A stretch of 63,049 bases of DNA, filler included, from Octopus bimaculoides (taxonomy: Eukaryota): assembly GCF_001194135.2 (NCBI RefSeq). It is 3 parts of 3 records of this genome, joined end to end, with 100 filler letters (N's around TTAATTAATTAA, not from the genome) between each part and the next. Parts side by side here need not be neighbours in the genome. Positions count along the whole stretch, not along the records: positions 1 to 29,828 come from NC_068987.1; 2 more parts are not named here. The stretch is one strand, 5' to 3'. The first letter of the stretch is position 1, and every line of letters begins with the position of its first letter. Positions 11,750 to 24,147 of the stretch are shown here, piece after piece. Below the pieces are notes generated by a model. The model worked only from the letters and a program-made list of their open reading frames with translations, ran no database searches and was not told where the DNA came from. Position numbers and translations under genes: made by a program.

Positions 11750-11908
11750 CGGGCTTCTTTCAGTTTCCGTCTAACAAATCCATTCACAAGGCTCTGTTCG
11801 GCCCGAGGCTATAGTAGAAAACACTTGCACAATGTGCCACGTAGTGGAACTAAACCCGGAACCACGTTGTTGGGAGCAAGTTTATTTCCACACACCCACT
11901 CCTGCGCC
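11750..11908 (-). mobile_element. SINE family A
   Basis: GGGCTTCTTTCAGTTTCCGTC...CACACCCACTCCTGCGCC is the reverse complement of the family A 5' part. Confidence 0.85.
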
Positions 11909-11938
11909 GATATATATATANNNNNNNNNNGTTGCTTT

Positions 11939-12113
11939 AAGGCGGCAAGGAGCTGGCAAGAACGTCAGCAGGCCGGGCGAAATGCTTGGCGGTATTTCAT
12001 TTGTCTTTACGTTCTGAGTTCAAATTCCGCCGAGGTCGACTTTGACTGGGGTCGATCTAATCGACTGGCCTCTTCCCCCAAAAATTTCGGGCCCTGTGCC
12101 TAGAGTAGAAAAG
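11939..12113 (+). mobile_element. SINE family B with internal deletion
   Basis: Family B head and tail; segment between GTCGACTTTG and ACTGGGGTCGATC missing. Confidence 0.85.
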
Positions 12114-12249
12114 TATATTATCGCTGCTCTCATCTTTGGCCAGAATCACAAGTGTTGCTGAACGAGGGGTCGAGAGTGGTTGAGTGTGTGTGAGTGGGTT
12201 GAATGGAGCGAGGGAGTGAGGAGGCGACGTGAGGGGGTGAGGCAAGGGA

Positions 12250-12320
12250 GCGATGCGAGGGAGCGATGCGAGGGTGCGATGCGAGGGTGCGATGCGAGAG
12301 GGCGATGCGAGAGGGGCGAG
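12250..12320. repeat. GC-rich 13-bp minisatellite (GCGATGCGAGGGW) x ~5
   Basis: Tandem units directly visible. Confidence 0.8.
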
Positions 12321-13028
12321 ATGAGGGGGTAGTCCACCCTGGGCGACGCTGTTGTGAGGGCAACACATTTGGGTCTGCAGTATAAGCCTGTATATAGACT
12401 TGGGGGACCTAGGTATGTGTGTGTCGGGGATGGTGCAAACTGAAGGGCTGACCCGGGTGGAACACACCCTTGCTACTCCAGAGGCCAGGACACATAATTT
12501 ATATCGCCATAGAGTATTTAGTTCTCAATCAAGTGCTCATAAATTTCTAGGAAAAATATCAACCCGAGTTAACGTGATAGAAAACCAAGATAAGGTTAAA
12601 TTTAAACTTTAACATAATTGCATGCCAGAACATTGCATTAAAACGAAGTCGTAGAGAGACAAGAAATTGATTGGCGGGGGTGGTGAAGAGGTATATAACA
12701 ACAACGACGAGAATAAAAATAAAAATAACAATAGAAGTTACTAATATATGAAGAGATTAAAGATAAAACAGCCGTATTTATCTGTTAATAAACACATATC
12801 TTCGTTGCTGTTCTGTTACTGTGTGTCAAACAGAGATAGAGTGTTCGTAATATATATATCAGTTGGTGTGTACACAACTATGAGTCAGCATTTACGCGAA
12901 TGAGCAACTTTAGTGATAAAAAAATATGTATATTTAGTAATTTATAAACATACACAATGCAGAGAGGTAATCAATTTATCCGCTATAAATTTTTAATGAA
13001 AATGAATTCAACAGTAATGCCCCAACCC

Positions 13029-13072
<44 letters not shown>

Positions 13073-13789
13073 NNNNNNNNNNNNNNNNNNNNNNNNNNNN
13101 NNNNNNNNNNNNNNNNNNNNNNNNNNNNNNNNNNNNNNNNNNNNNNNNNNNNNNNNNNNNNNNNNNNNNNNNNNNNNNNNNNNNNNNNNNNNNNNNNNNN
13201 NNNNNNNNNNNNNNNNNNNNNNNNNNNNNNNNNNNNNNNNNNNNNNNNNNNNNNNNNNNNNNNNNNNNNNNNNNNNNNNNNNNNNNNNNNNNNNNNNNNN
13301 NNNNNNNNNNNNNNNNNNNNNNNNNNNNNNNNNNNNNNNNNNNNNNNNNNNNNNNNNNNNNNNNNNNNNNNNNNNNNNNNNNNNNNNNNNNNNNNNNNNN
13401 NNNNNNNNNNNNNNNNNNNNNNNNNNNNNNNNNNNNNNNNNNNNNNNNNNNNNNNNNNNNNNNNNNNNNNNNNNNNNNNNNNNNNNNNNNNNNNNNNNNN
13501 NNNNNNNNNNNNNNNNNNNNNNNNNNNNNNNNNNNNNNNNNNNNNNNNNNNNNNNNNNNNNNNNNNNNNNNNNNNNNNNNNNNNNNNNNNNNNNNNNNNN
13601 NNNNNNNNNNNNNNNNNNNNNNNNNNNNNNNNNNNNNNNNNNNNNNNNNNNNNNNNNNNNNNNNNNNNNNNNNNNNNNNNTATATATATATATATATATA
13701 TTATGTATATATATATAGTGTAGGCGTACGTATATATATATCTGTGTATGTGTGTGTGTGTGTATGTGTTTTTGTTGTTTTGTTTACAT

Positions 13790-13925
13790 CCTGTAACGCA
13801 GCGGTTCGGCAAAAAGACCGGTAGAATAAGAACTAGACTGAAAAATAATTACTGGGGGAAACCTTTTCGACTAAACCCCTTGAAGGCGGTGCCCAGCTTG
13901 GCTCAAGTAAAAAGTAAAAAGATAA
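13790..13925 (+). mobile_element. SINE family A, 3' tail segment
   Basis: GCGGTTCGGCAAAAAGACC...GAATAAG...GAAGGCGGTGCCCAGC matches 33060-33190. Confidence 0.65.
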
Positions 13926-14379
13926 AAGAAAGCTGTTTCGACGCCCATTGAAGCAAGCTACTTTTCTGCTCTCTCTCTCTATATATACACACAGCTCTGA
14001 AATCTATGAAAGCTTTATGAAATTGTTGCAAGGAAGCAATCTCACTTTTACTGTCGGTTAAAAAAGGTGTTTTCTTTGATCTTAGCTCAGACTTAATTAT
14101 ATATTTGCGTTAAAGCCGTGACAAAATATTCTCTACTTTTCTCTGCAGTTCAATAATTCCACTTCTGCTCTCTGTGTTTTTAGTTCCACTGACTACCAAA
14201 TATTGAAGACTTGGCACAAATCAACGCAGCATAACCGCCGTGTTTGTTTTTGTTTTTTGTCTTTGTTCGGTTTTCATGTTCGACCTTCAAATGACACGAT
14301 CAACTTGGTTATCAAAATCAGGTTATGTTTAATCATAACAATCGCATGGGAACAGTCCGTTATTTGGTAAAGACTATAT

Positions 14380-14700
14380 GGATTCGAAAACACGAACGAC
14401 TTTATCAAGTGTTTTGCATTTTCGAACTATTTCTGCCATTGAAATGTCTTGGACATCATCGATCCGTTCTGTTCTAAGGTCAACGTGAAAGACCTCTTGG
14501 TTCACTTCGTCGTTTCGTATCAAATTACAGTATATTATCCGAAAGAAGGTCATGCACAGACACCTCGACGGACGCATGACAGACGAGGTCCTTCATCTCT
14601 TCAGCTGCTCATCTAAGAGAAAGTATCTCCGTACAACTCCTGCATTCTGATAACTACTGGGCTTACGGCGCTTATTGTACCAAACCAATACAAATATGAA
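14380..14700 (-). mobile_element. Possible decayed RTE/L2-type LINE ORF 3' fragment
   Basis: Peptide RCLCMTFFRIIYCNLIRNDEV resembles the RCLR.I..I...D.I.N.EV motif of LINE RT C-termini; weak. Confidence 0.3.
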
Positions 14701-15109
14701 GGACGAGAGAGTAGGATTGGCTCTGCATAAACCATGCTTACTAAAATAAGGTTTATCGTGCAGATTGTTCAGTGAACCAAGACACCGTCACCAAGCTGTG
14801 TCTTGCTGAAATCCTCCTTCACCGAAGCGATGAGATAATCCATCATTATCTATCATAATGCAATGACCTTAAGAATTCTACTGAGATTTCAGATTCCTAT
14901 ATGAGAAAACCTGCCGCAGCCAAAATATGTCCCGTCTATACGCACTTGCTACTTCTCTGCCAAGTATCAGTGTTGCTGCATCTCACCATTCCGTAAATGC
15001 ATATCCACACTGATATACACGTGTATCTGGTTCACGATATTCTTCCACATTTGACCCAGTGTGATCCCGAGGATGTTACAGCTGGAGACAAATGCAGCTG
15101 CACCAGATC

Positions 15110-15259
15110 TTGGTTGGTCCCCATTTTCATTTAACGAAACAAAAGCAGCGTAAAAACGAAGTGCTCGGCTCTAATATACAACGCACCATCCCGCCCAGAA
15201 ATTGAACCCGCGATCTTAATATCGTGAGCTTAATGCTGTAACTACTAGGCCACGCACCT
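15110..15259 (-). mobile_element. tRNA-derived SINE of another family (diverged)
   Basis: Reverse complement begins GGTGCGTGGCCTAGTAGTTACAGC... with B-box-like GGGTTCAATTTC. Confidence 0.55.
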
Positions 15260-15770
15260 GTGCAGCATCTTTAATGTCTTTGAGAAAAGGCATACCGCCA
15301 CAGACCCAAGACCCAGTATTGCTATACAAAAATTGTTATTTTAAATCCGTGAGCACACTTCATTGCTTTCTTAAGCACCAGAAATGATTGTTTGAAGCTA
15401 AAATGATGTAACAGATTGTCTTAACATTAGCATGTTGTACATGATGCCGCCCGAACATGAAAGCAAACTTAATGTTCTGTAAGATTTAAAGACAGAAGCG
15501 TTACGCAAGAAAAACCAGATTCGATTAATACTCCAGCAATGCTACTATTATTTTTATTGTCCAATATATACTGATATATTAATGATATATTTTTCTTTGA
15601 AACGAGGCTGATTCTGGTTAGCGTTTGATCCGGATCACAGTTGTTCCCGTACCCGGTTTATCAAACATCATTAAATAAAAGACTTCGTCAATACGAGTAA
15701 GATTTGTACACAATACTGGGTGGAGTTATCGAGACTTCTAGATTCTAGTATAAAAAGAGTTAAGAAAAAA

Positions 15771-15912
15771 ATAGCCGTGTGGTTAAGACGTTTGTTTGAC
15801 AACTATATGGTTCTAGTTTCGATCCTCTTGGGTAAGTGTCTTTCACTTTACTCATGGGTTGACAAATGCTTGTAAAGGGAATTTGGTGGACAGGGACTGT
15901 GTGGAAGTCCGT
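15771..15912 (+). mobile_element. SINE family A, old diverged copy
   Basis: GCCGTGTGGTTAAGACGTTTG...TTGGGTAAGTGTC...GGAATTTGGTGGACAGG aligns loosely to family A. Confidence 0.5.
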
Positions 15913-16051
15913 TACACACACACACACACACAAAATGCATGTATGTTATGGCTGTATAATTGAAAAACTCGCTTCGCAAATGACGCGGGTCGACTAATGA
16001 TGCCTCGAAATTGAATTTGGTAAGCGGAAACTATTTGAAAGTCTACCGTGC

Positions 16052-16292
16052 TCGCGCGCGCGTATGCCTGTTTGTTGCACTCTCGCTTGACAACCGAATT
16101 TGGTTTGTTGATGTTTCCGTAACTTGGCGGTTCAGCGAATAACACCAATAGAATAAGTCCCAGATTAATAAAAAAAAACAAAAAACAAACAAACTCATAG
16201 TTACTGGGATTGATTTGTTCGATTAGACACTTCAAAGCGGTACCCCAGCATGGCCGCTGTCGCATGACTGAAACAAGCGATAGAAAAGAAAA
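16052..16292 (+). mobile_element. SINE family A, 3' tail segment
   Basis: CGCTTGACAACCG...GTAACTTGGCGGTTCAGCG...CCCCAGCATGGCCGC...ATGACTGAAACAAG. Confidence 0.65.
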
Positions 16293-16391
16293 ATGGCAAA
16301 AAAAAAAAAAATTATTATTCGATTGATTGGACATTCACGTAACTGTTACAGCGATTACTATTTCTTTCGATCAGCTGATTCCGATAACATA

Positions 16392-16448
16392 TTTCCGATC
16401 AAGTGTTTCCGATCAAGTGTTTTCGATCAAGTGTTTTCGATCAAGTGT
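16392..16448. repeat. 14-bp minisatellite TTTYCGATCAAGTG x4, running into a gap
   Basis: Four units visible before the N run at 16449. Confidence 0.85.
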
Positions 16449-17096
16449 NNNNNNNNNNNNNNNNNNNNNNNNNNNNNNNNNNNNNNNNNNNNNNNNNNNN
16501 NNNNNNNNNNNNNNNNNNNNNNNNNNNNNNNNNNNNNNNNNNNNNNNNNNNNNNNNNNNNNNNNNNNNNNNNNNNNNNNNNNNNNNNNNNNNNNNNNNNN
16601 NNNNNNNNNNNNNNNNNNNNNNNNNNNNNNNNNNNNNNNNNNNNNNNNNNNNNNNNNNNNNNNNNNNNNNNNNNNNNNNNNNNNNNNNNNNNNNNNNNNN
16701 NNNNNNNNNNNNNNNNNNNNNNNNNNNNNNNNNNNNNNNNNNNNNNNNNNNNNNNNNNNNNNNNNNNNNNNNNNNNNNNNNNNNNNNNNNNNNNNNNNNN
16801 NNNNNNNNNNNNNNNNNNNNNNNNNNNNNNNNNNNNNNNNNNNNNNNNNNNNNNNNNNNNNNNNNNNNNNNNNNNNNNNNNNNNNNNNNNNNNNNNNNNN
16901 NNNNNNNNNNNNNNNNNNNNNNNNNNNNNNNNNNNNNNNNNNNNNNNNNNNNNNNNNNNNNNNNNNNNNNNNNNNNNNNNNNNNNNNNNNNNNNNNNNNN
17001 NNNNNNNNNNNNNNNNNNNNNNNNNNNNNNNNNNNNNNNNNNNNNNNNNNNNNNNNNNNNNNNNNNNNNNNNNNNNNNNNNNNNNNNNNNNNNNNN

Positions 17097-17154
<58 letters not shown>

Positions 17155-17251
17155 GGACGAAGAAGTTGATTTGAAAAAAACTAACGTCAGAGTGAAAATA
17201 TAGAGAAGAATAGATAGATAGATAGATAGATAGAGAGGGAGAGAGAAAGAA

Positions 17252-17325
<74 letters not shown>

Positions 17326-17380
17326 CAGGAGAGAGAGTGTATGTCAGGCACAGAAAGATAAGGAGAGAGAGAGAGAGAAA
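17097..17380. repeat. (GA)n/(GATA)n tracts
   Basis: Directly visible. Confidence 0.9.
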
Positions 17381-17629
17381 GAGGAGTTATAGGAAATTTC
17401 TAAAGTCTTCCTCTCCTGTTTTCAATGCGTGTGAGTGAGGGGGAAAAATTATGAGACGGAGATTGAAATGTCAAAACGAAAGAGTGGCGGGGGCTAAATT
17501 CTAAAGAGAAAATGGATTGGCAAAAAAGATAACAAATATAAGGAGAGAGAAAGGAAGAAGAAATAAAGAGGAGTTCTGACTAGAGTACATGAGCCCACAT
17601 TTAGGGAAGGATGAGGGGTGGGGGCAGAG

Positions 17630-17785
17630 TCTGTTATATTGATACCAAACTCGACTGATTCATGATTTTACCGACTCCAGAAGAATAAAAGACTAAGTCG
17701 GCTTTGGCGGGATTCGAACTTAGAACATACAAAGAAGCAACTAAATACTGCGCAGAGTTTTGTCCAACACTCTAACGATTCTGCT
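17630..17785 (-). mobile_element. SINE family B, diverged
   Basis: TTTTACCGACTCCAGAAGAATAAAAGACTAAGTCGGCTTTGGCGGGATTCGAACTTAGAAC...CTAACGATTCTGC matches the family B reverse complement. Confidence 0.65.
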
Positions 17786-18232
17786 CCGAACAAAGACCGT
17801 TAGAGACATCATATGTATTCATAGAAATATCAGATGTACAAACGTATTTATATATACGTATATTGTATATATTTCGCTTTTGGATTTGGTTTGCAGGATT
17901 CTTGATGTGAGTTCGTGTGTTGAAGCATATTCTGTTGTGTCTGGCGAGAGTCATTCACTTTTGGTGCCTTATTATTTAACACATTCACCGGTAAAATTTC
18001 CACTTATTTCTTATTTTTATTGGAAATTGACTCTCCCCAGACACCAAAAGGCACCAAAAGAAAATGACTCTCCCCAGACACACCAGCGTGTGTGTGTGTG
18101 TGTGTGTGTATGNNNNNNNNNNNNNNNNNNNNNNNNNNNNNNNNNNNNNNNNNNNNNNNNNNNNNNNNNNNNNNNNNNNNNNNNNNNNNNNNNNNNNNNN
18201 NNNNNNNNNNNNNNNNNNNNNNNNNNNNNNNN

Positions 18233-18269
<37 letters not shown>

Positions 18270-18476
18270 GTCTTAAACATAATTATAAAATATAATTAGG
18301 GGCTACTGGATATGATCAGCAGTCTACGCTAGAAGTAGATATCAAATATCTACAATCCAATAGCCCTTAATTATCATTATATTTCACAATCATAGGGCGG
18401 CGAGATGGTAGATGCATCTTTATGTGTTTATATAAACAAGCGTATGAAATCATATTAGCGCGCGCGCACACACATA

Positions 18477-18531
<55 letters not shown>

Positions 18532-19194
18532 CAGGGAGAGAAAGAGAGAGACAGAAAGAGAGAGAGAGAGATGTTAGCTGTACACTTTGTTTTTCATTTT
18601 AGATAAAAGAAATGAACAACAATATATAACTAGCACCGCATCACTGCAAAAGATGTTGTTAATGTATTCGAGAAAGGCATGAACATCACACAATCTCATT
18701 CTGTGACATATGTATGTGCATGAGTCTATGCCTGCGTATTTGTGGCGCAGAGACGTGGCTTATAAAGGCAGCCATGTCTGTGTGGCCGAGTAGTACATTT
18801 AACAGTCGAATGGTTGCAGGATCGACTCTAGATTTGTGAATGAAATCAGGAGGTCCAGTAACTGTGCAGAAAACGCACAGATCGGACTCTACTGGTCCCT
18901 GGGTGATGAGTTTTAATACATTGGTAGGGCCTCCGACAATCAATGTTAACCATGCATCTGCATATATATATATATATATGTGTAATCCTAGGTAAGGTCT
19001 TCTTTTTTTTTTTTAAGAAGGCCAACAGTTGCTCATACATGCGCAGTTCTTCACTCTTAGAAAGTTATCTAAGGACACCGACTTGGGTCCTTGAAGTTTG
19101 GCACCAATGTTGTCGCGGTCGTTGCTATGAGAAACATAGGGGCGGACAGCACAACGTATCTTGCCCGACACTCTAACAAAACCACATCGGACTG

Positions 19195-19450
19195 GCCCTG
19201 TTTTATCGACCATGAAAGAACGAAAGATAAATTAGCAGCAGCGGGATTTGAACTCTGACTGCAAAGAAGCGGCAAAGTTTTCAATCTAACGTGCTAACAG
19301 TTCCATCAATCAATCTCCATTGTTTTATCGGCCCCGAAAGAACAAAAGGTAAAGCTGACCGCTGTCGGATTTGAACCCAGTTTGTAGTGAGCAAGAACAA
19401 ATAAAGCGAGGCATTCCACCGAACACCTTAGAGACTCAACCAATTCGTCT
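19195..19450 (-). mobile_element. Two tandem diverged SINE family B fragments
   Basis: Two TTTTATCG...GAAAG...GGATTTGAAC segments. Confidence 0.55.
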
Positions 19451-19559
19451 TCTTAGATTTTATTTTATCCGTCACCCCGTTTAGTATCACCACAATTGGC
19501 CCTTTGGTGTATCTTTAATAGGGTCCACTGCAAGGGAAGTTGTTAATATATTTGAGAAA

Positions 19560-19776
19560 AGTGGCAGCGAGCTGGCAGAATCGTAAACACGCCAGATAAA
19601 AAGCTGAGAAGCATTTTGTCCGTCTTCACGTTTTGAGTTGAAATTCCGCCGAGGTCGACTTAGCCTTTAATCCTTTCGAGGTCAATAAAATAAGTACCAG
19701 CTGAATACTGGGGTCTTTGTAATCAACTTACTCCCTACTTCGAATTTGTTGACCTTGTGCCAAAATTTGAAACGAA
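19560..19776 (+). mobile_element. SINE family B with 10-bp TSD
   Basis: Full head to tail; ATTTGAGAAA at 19550-19559 and 19776-19785. Confidence 0.85.
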
Positions 19777-20557
19777 TTTGAGAAAGGCACGAACGTCACA
19801 CAGTCCCATTCTTTGACATAATCTGTATGTGTATGAGTTTATGCCAGCGTAATTGTGGAGTTGGGGCAAGCGGCAGCCATGTCCGTATGGCTGAGAAGTT
19901 CTCTTTACAGTCACATGGTTTCAGGGTTCGATTCTAGCATTCTGGGTCGCTAGCATTCTGACCAGTCCCCTGCATGAGAATAACCAGTATCATGGTACAC
20001 TGACTTCTACTACAGCACCCCCTAAATCGTGGTTTCTTCGTCCCTTTCGGGGTGAGACGAGGGGAATGTAAAACAGTCACGTGCACTGTCCTTAAGTCTT
20101 CATATTAAGCCACAAGTAAATAAAGAAAAAAAAAACGGAAAAATATCGACAGATTTTTATCCCCTAATTTAAGCTATTCAATCAGGGGTTATTTTTCTGC
20201 TTGAGTTCAGTGCTGAAAAAACTATGTTGAAGTCGAGCCCGTTGCCTTCTATAAGATCTATGAGAGGATTTCAGTTTAAAATTTATAAGCGGAGTAAATA
20301 CTGGGTATTAAGCTGTCAGCTGTATCTCTTGTAGTAGCAGTAGTTGAGGTAGGATGTTGATGGCTGTTGAGAATGAACCGCGTGTCAACATACATTTATT
20401 ATTCTGACATTACAGCACACATGTGTGTGTATATGTGTGTGTCTGTGTATGCGTGTGTATATATGTGTTTGTGCTCATACATATACATTCGTACGGGAAC
20501 ACAAATACACACAGATACAAATTTTAATGCACACACAAACACACACACACACACACA

Positions 20558-20595
<38 letters not shown>

Positions 20596-20603
20596 CACAT
20601 CGT

Positions 20604-20853
20604 CTTATCTTCACTTGTTTTAGTCATTAGACTGCGACCATGCTGGGGCACCGTCTTGAAGAATTTTAGGCGCACGAATCGACCTCAGTACTTNNNNNNN
20701 NNNTTCAGTTTCCATCTCCTAAATCCACTCACAAGGCTTTGGTCAGTCCGAGGCTGTAGTAGAAGGCACTTGCTCAAAGTGCCACGCAGTGGGACTGAAC
20801 CCAGAACCATGTGGTTGGGAAGCAAGCTTCTCACCACATACTCACGCCTGCGC
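20604..20853 (-). mobile_element. SINE family A (5' part plus 3' tail, short gap between)
   Basis: TTCAGTTTCCATC...CACATACTCACGCCTGCGCCT plus tail CCATGCTGGGGCACCG. Confidence 0.8.
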
Positions 20854-20915
<62 letters not shown>

Positions 20916-21820
20916 GACTATCGATCTATCTAACACGCACCCCCACCATAGAACCCACATGACTTCCACCCTCGGCTCCCCCACCCACACATGATATATA
21001 TAGTTTTTATGTACATAAAGAGATCGATTTTCATTTTTACCTTGATCGATAAAATAAAAACTAATGATGACTAATCAGTTGAAAAGAAATATCGAACATA
21101 GAAAACACCTCTCACATGATTGGACAGAAAACGGAGAGGATTGGCTTGACGTGGGTTCGATCCTAACTGCCAGCTCATCAGAGACAACGCACCCATGGAG
21201 AGAAAGAAGGCATCTGGCTATTTATAGTTCCTAAGTCATATGACTTCATTGAATCCGTTGGGACTAAATACCAACAACAACAGCAACAACAATAAAAGTA
21301 GCGGGCCAACGGGGGAATCTTTATGCGGTCGCTCAACCAATCAGAAACGTTACCGATTTCCCTAGAAATTATGTCATGCCGTCTTGAGACGGAGCTATGA
21401 ATAATGTAGTCCAAGGTAATTGCGATTGAAGAAAGGAAAGAAAAAACGGATGGGGTGGTCGTGGCTAGAAAGTCTTTCATTATGGGTCTGCTTAATGAAT
21501 GCTAATCTGAGACAAACAGAAACGACAATGACGACGACGACGACGATGTCATGAATAATAATAATACAACTAAAGACTTAAGCGCCCACCAAATCATCCA
21601 TTGCCTTTCTTTATTGCCAGCCACACTAGGGAGCATCAGATACCACCGACCATCGCAAGCATACCACACAACACAAGCATCATACTACACACACACACAC
21701 ACACACACACCACAGAACTAGTGGGGGTTGCATACAATCCTTCTACAACGTTTACAACACAAATAGAAGACGTTATAAGCATAGCAAAACGAGAGCAATC
21801 ACATGTTTCACACATTTCAC

Positions 21821-22008
21821 CAGTGGCGTTGCCAGACCGTGTGCCGCCCGGGTCAGCAGCCCTTGAATTTTCTACTCCATCTCCCCCGCTCCCGACCTCC
21901 GAAGCCTATACAGGCCTATACAGCAGACGCAAAAGTGCCGCACCCATAAAAAAATGTCACCCTGGGCGGGTCGCCCCCCTCGCCACGCCTTAGCTACGTA
22001 CGCCACTA
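21821..22008. mobile_element. hAT-like non-autonomous element (CAGTGGCGT-type TIRs)
   Basis: Left CAGTGGCGTT, right ACGCCACTA; GC-rich interior; no 8-bp TSD seen. Confidence 0.5.
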
Positions 22009-22291
22009 ATTGATCGACAGAAACAAACGACAACACGGTACGAGCAGTCTTCCATTTGTTATGTCATTCCTACCTGCGCCCTATTATATCCACAACAAAC
22101 CACAATAACCTATATTATATATATATATTTATATATTTATATGTGGTCCAACGATGGCTTAGATGTTCGAAGTTACTGTCAATAATATTCTTGTGCTTAA
22201 GAATAATAAATTTGTACTCAACAAAAGTTTAGAATAACCCTCCAAATTAATGTAAAATTGTTTTTATTAGAATTGGACATAATAACAAACA

Positions 22292-22354
<63 letters not shown>

Positions 22355-22809
22355 TGTATATATATATATGTGTGTGTGTGTGTATATATGTATATATATA
22401 TAATAGAACATAAAAAAACAAAAACATGGAAAACGAACTTTGTTTTCGAACAACGAAAGAAACAAATAGATAGACGAGACAGGCAACATAAAGAACAATC
22501 CCTTCATCAGTTGTCCCCTGTTTTATCTACTCTGCGTTTTGAACACACACACACACACACACAGAGTCCGCCAAAAAGAATGTATACACACTCCAGGAAT
22601 GGAAAAGTCTGTATAAATATTTAACTTCTACAAGTACCTCTATAAAAACAGATACTTCTTTCAATGTTTTATCGAATTGCAGTTACACTGGATGAATTGT
22701 AATAGCACCGAATTAAAATATTCATACAGATGTTTTCCTTTCTGAAGCGTGTATACATATTTTTTTGCGGACTCAGTATACATACATGGTTTAATGTACA
22801 CAGCATGTA

Positions 22810-22970
22810 GTTATGAGCTGCTAATAGCTTCATACATTAGAGACGTGGTCTAAGCAGGTTTTTCTAACACGCCTAGTGTCTCCAAGAAGATGACTTGGAG
22901 ACACTAGGCGTGTTATAGAAACTTGCCCAGACCACGTCTCTGATGTATGAAACTGTTAGTAGCTCATAAC
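22810..22970. repeat. 161-nt fold-back inverted repeat (77-nt arms, 7-nt loop)
   Basis: GTTATGAGC...TCCAAG[AAGATGA]CTTGGA...GCTCATAAC; inner 22 bp perfect. Confidence 0.9.
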
Positions 22971-23677
22971 GATATGTTTATTGTATACATTAAACGATAT
23001 TTATCTCCTATCGGATGAAGTACTTTTTTGTTGATCGTACCGTAACGAAATATAGTAAATTCTCTGTTTGTGTGTGTGTGTGTGTGTATGTGTGTGTGTG
23101 TGTGTGTAAAGGAAAACAGCGCATTACAGCATAAAATATTGTCACAGATCACACCAACAGACATTAGATATAAAACGGTATAAAACACTAAAAATGAAAG
23201 CCCACCCGGACATACGAGGGAGGGTACGGTTTGTTGCCGCGGTAACATATAATACCAACAGTCCCTACTATCTATATGTACCCTGGCACACATGTATAAC
23301 ACCCCGAAACACTGTCACTATACCTTACAAAAAAACACTAACTCTCCCACTCAACTCGGGGGGAAAACCCAACAAAAAACACACACAAATGAGCTGAAAG
23401 ATCATTAAGCACAATGCCCTCCTCTCAAACACCGAGCTCGGGTGCTTACTCGTAACAATAAGTCCAGAGCAGTTGCAAATGTCATACTCTGACTCAGCTA
23501 TCCTTACCCTCCACCAATGCTACCATCACCAGAATCTACCAACGTTACAAAAGTAGAATGGATTTTTCTGTTTTTGATGGAGCGCAAAATGCCCCACACG
23601 AGTCATCGTCGAATATTGGAACGTACAGAATAGTCACTCGTTCAACGGCGACCTGGTGTTGTAGTATGGAAGATGTG

Positions 23678-23860
23678 CAGTAATCCCTCGTCTAACGCGA
23701 AGTAGAAACAGTACTGTACTGTATATATTATAGTTGAATTATTTTTATAATTTGTATGTATTTATTTGATTATGAATGCAAGACAACACCACAGAGGAAT
23801 CGACGTAAGCTTAAATGATAAACCGCGATCGGTGAACCGCGATGTGGCGTAGGATTTCTG
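23678..23860. mobile_element. Tigger/pogo-like MITE, diverged
   Basis: CAGTAATCCCTCGTCTAACGCG ... CGCGATGTGGCGTAGGATTTCTG followed by TA. Confidence 0.55.
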
Positions 23861-24070
23861 TATTTGTGGGGGCAAGCTCCGTCGTTTCGGTCGAAGGCAT
23901 GCGTTTCACTGGTGATATTGATACAGAAACATAGATATCTATGTTCTCGGTGGACCGATTACCAGAACACTATAAAGCATACACCGACACAAACCTTTGA
24001 CACCTCAAGATTAGATAAGCTAGTTACGCACAGAGCACAGGGTACATATATATAAATGTATGTGTGTGTG

Positions 24071-24147
<77 letters not shown>

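Noticed and set aside
12250-16448. Short tandem arrays (12.3 kb, 16.4 kb) as CRISPR-like repeats
   Set aside because: Units are contiguous with no unique spacers, and the DNA is eukaryotic.
17899-17992. Plus-strand exon or 10-nt microexon after TTTGGTTTGCAG
   Set aside because: No recognisable peptide and no supporting partner exons.
22410-22550. Minus-strand CTGATGAAGGG in a possible PLE tail
   Set aside because: Core half only; no stem II-GAAA.
23928-23947. 18-bp palindrome AACATAGATATCTATGTT and surrounding open frames
   Set aside because: An isolated AT-rich palindrome; the frames show no homology and run into a MITE.
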